This document shows positions 58,174-62,506 of a DNA stretch of 62,506 nt, in pieces. Both the position numbers and the translations under genes were made by a program. Every line of letters starts with the position of its first letter. The first letter of the stretch is position 1. The DNA comes from SAR324 cluster bacterium (GTDB lineage: Bacteria; SAR324; NAC60-12): contig JANQHV010000129.1 of the NCBI GenBank assembly GCA_028282505.1, positions 1-62,506 of the forward strand, given 5' to 3'. The notes beneath the pieces are model-generated. The model was not told the DNA's origin and ran no database searches. It saw only the letters and a program-made list of their open reading frames with translations.

Positions 58174-59466
58174 ATGACTCAAGTTTGGCAAGTAATTTAC
58201 ACATGGATTGGGCTACCTCTCCTTTTGGGAATTTTTCATTTATTCTCATTGAAAGAAAAAAAAATCAGAGACAGTTTGGCAGGCAGAGAAGGATTATGGG
58301 CTCGCCTGGATGAACAAATCATCCAACGGAATATCCAGCGCCCTCTCATTTGGTTTCACGTTGTCAGTGCAGGAGAATATTTACAAGCAGAACCTGTGAT
58401 TGAACGTTGTTTAGAAAAAGGTTTTGACTGTGCGGTCACACTGAGTTCGATATCAGGATACAAGTGGGCCAAACGAAGTCCATTGAGTGATAACGACCAA
58501 CTGATTGTTATTGATTACCTGCCTTTTGATTTTCCTTTCAACATTCGTCGAATTTTAGCGATTTTTCAACCTTCCGTCATTGTTTATACAAAATTTGATT
58601 TATGGCCCAATTTAATTTGGATAGCCCATCAACAAGGAATTCCTCAATATTTAATTTCAGCCACTCTACAACCTCGTTCTTTGCGTCTGACTTCTGCACC
58701 AGCACGCTCTTTTTATGGTTCAATTTATGCTTGTCTTGATGGAATCTTGACAGTTTCTCGAGAAGATGAGCAACGATTTCGAATGACGAATCCAGATCAC
58801 CCAGATATTCAGGTTGTTGGTGATACACGCTTTGACAGTGTGCTTAACCGAAAAAACCGATTGCCACAGCCAAAACTTCCGAGCTATGTAAAAGAAAAAT
58901 TTATAATCATTATAGGCAGTAACTGGCCTCCTGATGAAGATTGTATCTTCCCAGCGTTAGCAGAAGCACTGCAAAAATTTCCGGATTTACTGTTAATCAT
59001 TGCACCTCATGAACCAACAGAAGAACATTTACGCAATAGTGAAACATTCTTTAAAGACTTCAAGATAGCACGATTCACCCAATTGGAAGAGAAGCCCCAA
59101 GAACAGCCTCGAATTATTCTAAACGACACCATTGGGGTGCTTGCTTCCATGTACCATATAGGTAAACTGGCTTATGTTGGAGGCGGTTTCACCACAGGAG
59201 TTCATAATGTCATGGAGCCTTGTGTAATGGGAATGCCTGTGATTTTTGGTCCCATTCATTACAACTCTCCAGAAGCAGTTGATCTCTTGCAAAAAGGGTT
59301 TGCCTTCACCGTCAAAGAACAAAAAGAATTTCATCAAATCTTGTTCCAGTTGCTGCAAGACCGTGAATCTTGTGTCACATTGGGAAAAAAAGCTGCACAA
59401 ACAATCGAAGCTCAATGTGGCGCTGCTCAACAATGTTTTCAAATGATCACGAAAAATATACAATGA
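58174..59466 (+). CDS. waaA: 3-deoxy-D-manno-octulosonic acid (Kdo) transferase
   Basis: WFHVVSAGEY in the N-terminal domain and GGGF..GVHNVMEP...G.PVIFGP in the C-terminal domain, typical of WaaA/KdtA. Confidence 0.85.
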   Translation: MTQVWQVIYTWIGLPLLLGIFHLFSLKEKKIRDSLAGREGLWARLDEQIIQRNIQRPLIWFHVVSAGEYLQAEPVIERCLEKGFDCAVTLSSISGYKWAKRSPLSDNDQLIVIDYLPFDFPFNIRRILAIFQPSVIVYTKFDLWPNLIWIAHQQGIPQYLISATLQPRSLRLTSAPARSFYGSIYACLDGILTVSREDEQRFRMTNPDHPDIQVVGDTRFDSVLNRKNRLPQPKLPSYVKEKFIIIIGSNWPPDEDCIFPALAEALQKFPDLLLIIAPHEPTEEHLRNSETFFKDFKIARFTQLEEKPQEQPRIILNDTIGVLASMYHIGKLAYVGGGFTTGVHNVMEPCVMGMPVIFGPIHYNSPEAVDLLQKGFAFTVKEQKEFHQILFQLLQDRESCVTLGKKAAQTIEAQCGAAQQCFQMITKNIQ

Positions 59467-60341
59467 GATTCAACTATCCCGAAACACCCAAATATATCCA
59501 AATAGAAACCACCATTTCCTGTAATGCAACGTGTTGGTTTTGTCCTCAAAAATTCGCAACACGCCGCCCCATGTTCATGGCAGATGAAGTGTGGAAAAAA
59601 ATTGTTGATGAAACTCGAGAACTGGGAGTCACTTATCGCCCCTTTATCCTCAACGAGCCTTTCATCGACAAAAGGATGGCACAAATTATTCGATATATTA
59701 AGGAAGATCCAACCGCATCGGTAGAGTTCAATACAAATGGGGAACCCCTGACCCCCAAAAGAACTGATGAAATTATCGAAGCAGGAGTAGACATAATTCG
59801 TTTTAGTGTGGATGGAATCAAACGGGAAACCTTCGATGAGGCAAGAGGTATCAGTTATGACAAAGTATATGCCAATGTTGCTTATTTTATCAAAGCAGCC
59901 AACGCTTCCGGGAAAAATATCACAACAGAAGTCCGCATGATTAAACTTCCAGGTACGGAAGAAGAACAAAAAGAATTTTATGAATACTGGCAGGCTCACC
60001 ATCCAACCAGTATTATTTTTACCGACCTGTATCGTTATCCCTGGGAAGGGCAAACAGAATCCTTAAATCTGCCATGCTTGAAAATCATTGATCAGATGTT
60101 TTTTTATGTGGATGGGAGAGCAACACTATGCTGTTGGGATTCAAAAGAGCGTCAAATTGTGGGGGATGTGACCAAAACCCATGTTTTGGATATTTGGAAT
60201 GGAGAAATATTAAAACATTGCCGGGAACTACTGGATGCAGGAAAACGAAGCGAAATTCTATTATGCAGCCGGTGTGATGCCTATAAGGACTATGATTTTG
60301 ATGAATTCTTCAAGCATGGAAAAACACAGACCCTACTGTGA
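59463..60341 (+). CDS. Radical SAM protein with Cys-rich (SPASM/twitch-like) C-terminus
   Basis: CNATCWFCPQ (CxxxCxxC), later LCCWD and LLCSRCDAY. The ATG overlaps the waaA stop (ATGA). Confidence 0.8.
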   Translation: MRFNYPETPKYIQIETTISCNATCWFCPQKFATRRPMFMADEVWKKIVDETRELGVTYRPFILNEPFIDKRMAQIIRYIKEDPTASVEFNTNGEPLTPKRTDEIIEAGVDIIRFSVDGIKRETFDEARGISYDKVYANVAYFIKAANASGKNITTEVRMIKLPGTEEEQKEFYEYWQAHHPTSIIFTDLYRYPWEGQTESLNLPCLKIIDQMFFYVDGRATLCCWDSKERQIVGDVTKTHVLDIWNGEILKHCRELLDAGKRSEILLCSRCDAYKDYDFDEFFKHGKTQTLL

Positions 60342-61760
60342 TGCTTCAGGAATTTCAGCATCTGCAACACAACGGAATCCCAACAGGAAAGAGCGCACCC
60401 ACGGAGCCACTGCAAAACGTTCTCCAGAACGTAGCTTTTGAGCCTCTCCTGTCTCAAAAGTACCACCCCAGGCTCCTCCTCGAACAACCCGCAACGGATA
60501 TTCCTGGTTGGTTGCCGACGAAGGTCCTTGAGGATTTCGTTCTTTTAATTTCTGATATTGTGTCGAATCATACCAATCTTGAACCCACTCCATCACATTG
60601 CCATGCATGTCATAAAGCCCCCATGCATTCGGTTTCTTTAAGCCAATCACATGAGCATAGGGTTCCTGCCTGGTATTTTCTTCATACCAGGCATACTCTC
60701 CAAGTTGTTCTACTGCTTCTCCAAAAGCATATTCTGTTTTGCTGCCTGCACGAGCACCTTTTTCCCATTCAGCTTCTGTTGGCAGCCGTTTTCCAACAAA
60801 TTGACAATATTTGTTTGCGTTTTCCCAATCTACATAAACCACTGGCTGATTCGGGGCTGTTGTATCAAATCCACCTTCACCCCGCACACAGTCTAAACAA
60901 AGTGCATATTTCGCATTGGTCACTTCATGACGATCAATGTAATAACTATCGAGGTATATAGAACGTAAAGGTTGTTCATCCTCTTCCCCTTGGAGACTCC
61001 CCATTTCAAATGGACCTGCTGGAATTAAAACCATCTCTGCTTTATCAACAATATTCTCGTCTCGCACAACCAATCCTGCCTGAGATGCAATTTCGCCTTT
61101 GTCATCTGACTCTGTAGTGCTAATGTTTGTATCCAAAGAAACTACATCTTCTGTTGTTTTTCCAAGACCTCCAACCACACGATTCTCTCCTGACACTGCT
61201 CTCTCTGCTTCTAAAACATTTGGCTCTGTGGTATCATTAGAGAGCCTTTGCGATTGCGGGTCCTGAAGAACAGCCTGGATTTGCCCACGCCAAATCACTT
61301 GCTGTGTCAATATTTCATAAAGTTGTAAGCGAAATTCAACAATTGGCTCTGCTTTTCTGAAAGAACCTGTCACAATCCAGTCAGCTCCAAGTATGTCTGC
61401 TAAGTCTGCCTGGAGTTGGTCTAATGGAGAATCAGGAAATGCGGCTATCCATTCCTGGCGAGTTGTTTCAACCTGAGGATTTTCAACAATGGAATATTCT
61501 TCTTTATCTGCAAGAATCCTGGAAAATAAAGATTCTACTTGCTGACTCAAAGAATCCCGCTGCTTTGTTTGATCATTGAGAATGTCCAAGACCACCATCA
61601 ATGGCGACGTACGATTCTGCTTTTTCGATTCTGTGATTAGTTCATCAGCAAGAGTATTCAAAGCAGTTGGTAAACTTTCCACAACTTGTGCATGTACAAA
61701 ATTGTTAAAGACAAATAGTCCAATTATGAAGAAAAATAAGCGAAAAACACAGGTCATCAT
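60333..61760 (-). CDS. FGE-sulfatase domain protein with signal peptide and CsgG/LpoB-like N-terminal region
   Basis: YYIDRHEVTN, YVDWENANKYC, LPTEAEWEKGA, NVMEW, VVRGGAW, GFRCV. The N-terminal signal is followed by a GADWIVTGSF-type module. Confidence 0.85.
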   Translation of the reverse strand: MMTCVFRLFFFIIGLFVFNNFVHAQVVESLPTALNTLADELITESKKQNRTSPLMVVLDILNDQTKQRDSLSQQVESLFSRILADKEEYSIVENPQVETTRQEWIAAFPDSPLDQLQADLADILGADWIVTGSFRKAEPIVEFRLQLYEILTQQVIWRGQIQAVLQDPQSQRLSNDTTEPNVLEAERAVSGENRVVGGLGKTTEDVVSLDTNISTTESDDKGEIASQAGLVVRDENIVDKAEMVLIPAGPFEMGSLQGEEDEQPLRSIYLDSYYIDRHEVTNAKYALCLDCVRGEGGFDTTAPNQPVVYVDWENANKYCQFVGKRLPTEAEWEKGARAGSKTEYAFGEAVEQLGEYAWYEENTRQEPYAHVIGLKKPNAWGLYDMHGNVMEWVQDWYDSTQYQKLKERNPQGPSSATNQEYPLRVVRGGAWGGTFETGEAQKLRSGERFAVAPWVRSFLLGFRCVADAEIPEASQ

Positions 61761-61798
61761 AGAAAAAATTATTAAAAAATCAGCAAGGAGTTGAATTT

Positions 61799-61843
61799 TT
61801 TGTAAAAAAAAGTATAAAAATCTTTGTAAAAAAAAGTATAAAA
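61799..61843 (+). repeat. Two 21-bp direct repeats (TTTGTAAAAAAAAGTATAAAA) spaced 24 bp apart
   Basis: Read directly at 61799-61819 and 61823-61843, in the divergent spacer between 61760 (-) and 61974 (+). Confidence 0.8.
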
Positions 61844-61973
61844 TATTCTATTATTTAAATTTAATGAAAAATATAGTAGGAATTGACTTTACTAATATCT
61901 CGTTATGATAAAAAGTTTTATAGTTAAATGCAAATTTGTTTATCTTGATAACTCTTTTATTGAAAAATAATTT

Positions 61974-62366
61974 ATGGCCAAATTCAAAGCAGAAATAGAT
62001 GATAATTTAAAAGAACAGTTGGATACACTTTTAGAATCTAACAACCTGACAAAAGATGATTTTTTGAAACTTGCCATTCATTCAGGAAATCTCATTGTCA
62101 GGAAAAAGTCCGCACTCAACAAAGCGAAGAGAGCACAAAATAGAAGAAAACCCCCCAACACACTTGATACAATTTTAGAAACCAATCAAAAGTTATATCA
62201 GGTGTTTGTCAGCCAGGCAGAAGAACACAAAATGAGTCTGGCAAAATATGCAAGAAAATTGGGATTTGCTCTTAAAGAAGTCGAAAAGATCAAAACAGAT
62301 AAATGTATTCTGTTTGTTCCCAGACTCAAAGCGGCTTTACTGGAAGATAAAGAAATTATAGCTTGA
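61974..62366 (+). CDS. Hypothetical protein, possibly ribbon-helix-helix-like N-terminus
   Basis: 130-aa ORF. The N-terminal pattern KAEIDDNLKEQLDTLLESNNLTKDDFLKLAI is weakly CopG/RHH-like. Confidence 0.4.
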   Translation: MAKFKAEIDDNLKEQLDTLLESNNLTKDDFLKLAIHSGNLIVRKKSALNKAKRAQNRRKPPNTLDTILETNQKLYQVFVSQAEEHKMSLAKYARKLGFALKEVEKIKTDKCILFVPRLKAALLEDKEIIA

Positions 62367-62506
62367 GTGCCTGCTCAATCATGCGGAGGCACTTTTCTTT
62401 GCCAAATACTCCAGCAACTAATGGCAAGTCAGGACCGTCTTTTTCTAAAGTAAGGGCAAATCGCATGGGATGCCAGAGATTTTTGCCCTTGATTCCTGTT
62501 CCTTTT
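62356..62506 (-). CDS. gltX: Glutamate--tRNA ligase, C-terminal fragment (continues beyond window)
   Basis: The reverse-strand translation ...GIKGKNLWHPMRFALTLEKDGPDLPLVAGVFGKEKCLRMIEQALKL* resembles the conserved GltX C-terminus (PLRvAlTG...GPdL...LGKe..l.Ri..Al). Confidence 0.55.
   Translation of the reverse strand, partial: KGTGIKGKNLWHPMRFALTLEKDGPDLPLVAGVFGKEKCLRMIEQALKL

Overview
This is an AT-rich bacterial chromosomal window dominated by signal transduction, and I cannot place it taxonomically. A three-gene type-B succinate dehydrogenase/fumarate reductase and the density of hybrid kinases fit a Desulfobacterota-like or similar anaerobe or microaerophile, but that is only a guess.

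Housekeeping genes:
- mfd, sdhCAB, tRNA-Thr(CGT), waaA, and a partial gltX at the right edge.

Signalling content:
- Two paralogous chemosensory clusters lie in inverted orientation. Cluster 1 (minus strand, about 16.4-27.8 kb) reads unknown gene, cheA, cheW, mcp, mcp, cheR, cheB, STAS. Cluster 2 (plus strand, about 34.2-42.3 kb) reads cheA, cheW remnant, mcp, cheW, mcp.
- There are at least six histidine kinases. One is a 1385-aa protein with two complete kinase cores, three receivers, a cNMP-binding domain and an Hpt domain.
- An HsbR/HsbA-like partner-switching pair abuts cheB.
- A LuxR-type regulator is present, and no stand-alone CheY is visible.

Most interesting observations:
1. Both CheA paralogues carry two Hpt domains. 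In the place of a P2 domain they have a tandem LGxILxxMG...Q motif resembling the c-di-GMP-binding MshEN/T2SSE_N module.
2. A fused REC-Ser-kinase-REC-PP2C protein converges on a STAS gene that appears co-transcribed with cheB.
3. One MCP has a CxxCH heme-c (DUF3365-like) sensor, and another has tandem CHASE3 domains.
4. There are several families of hairpin or MITE-like repeats, two of which bracket chemosensory genes.
5. Two decayed gene copies are missing from the ORF track: a cheW remnant and an Hpt fragment with an in-frame TAA.

Other content:
- A vapBC toxin-antitoxin pair.
- An ankyrin-bactofilin pair.
- Two FGE-sulfatase-domain proteins bracketing a translationally coupled waaA and radical-SAM pair.

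All domain calls come from motif recognition by eye. No database search was run.
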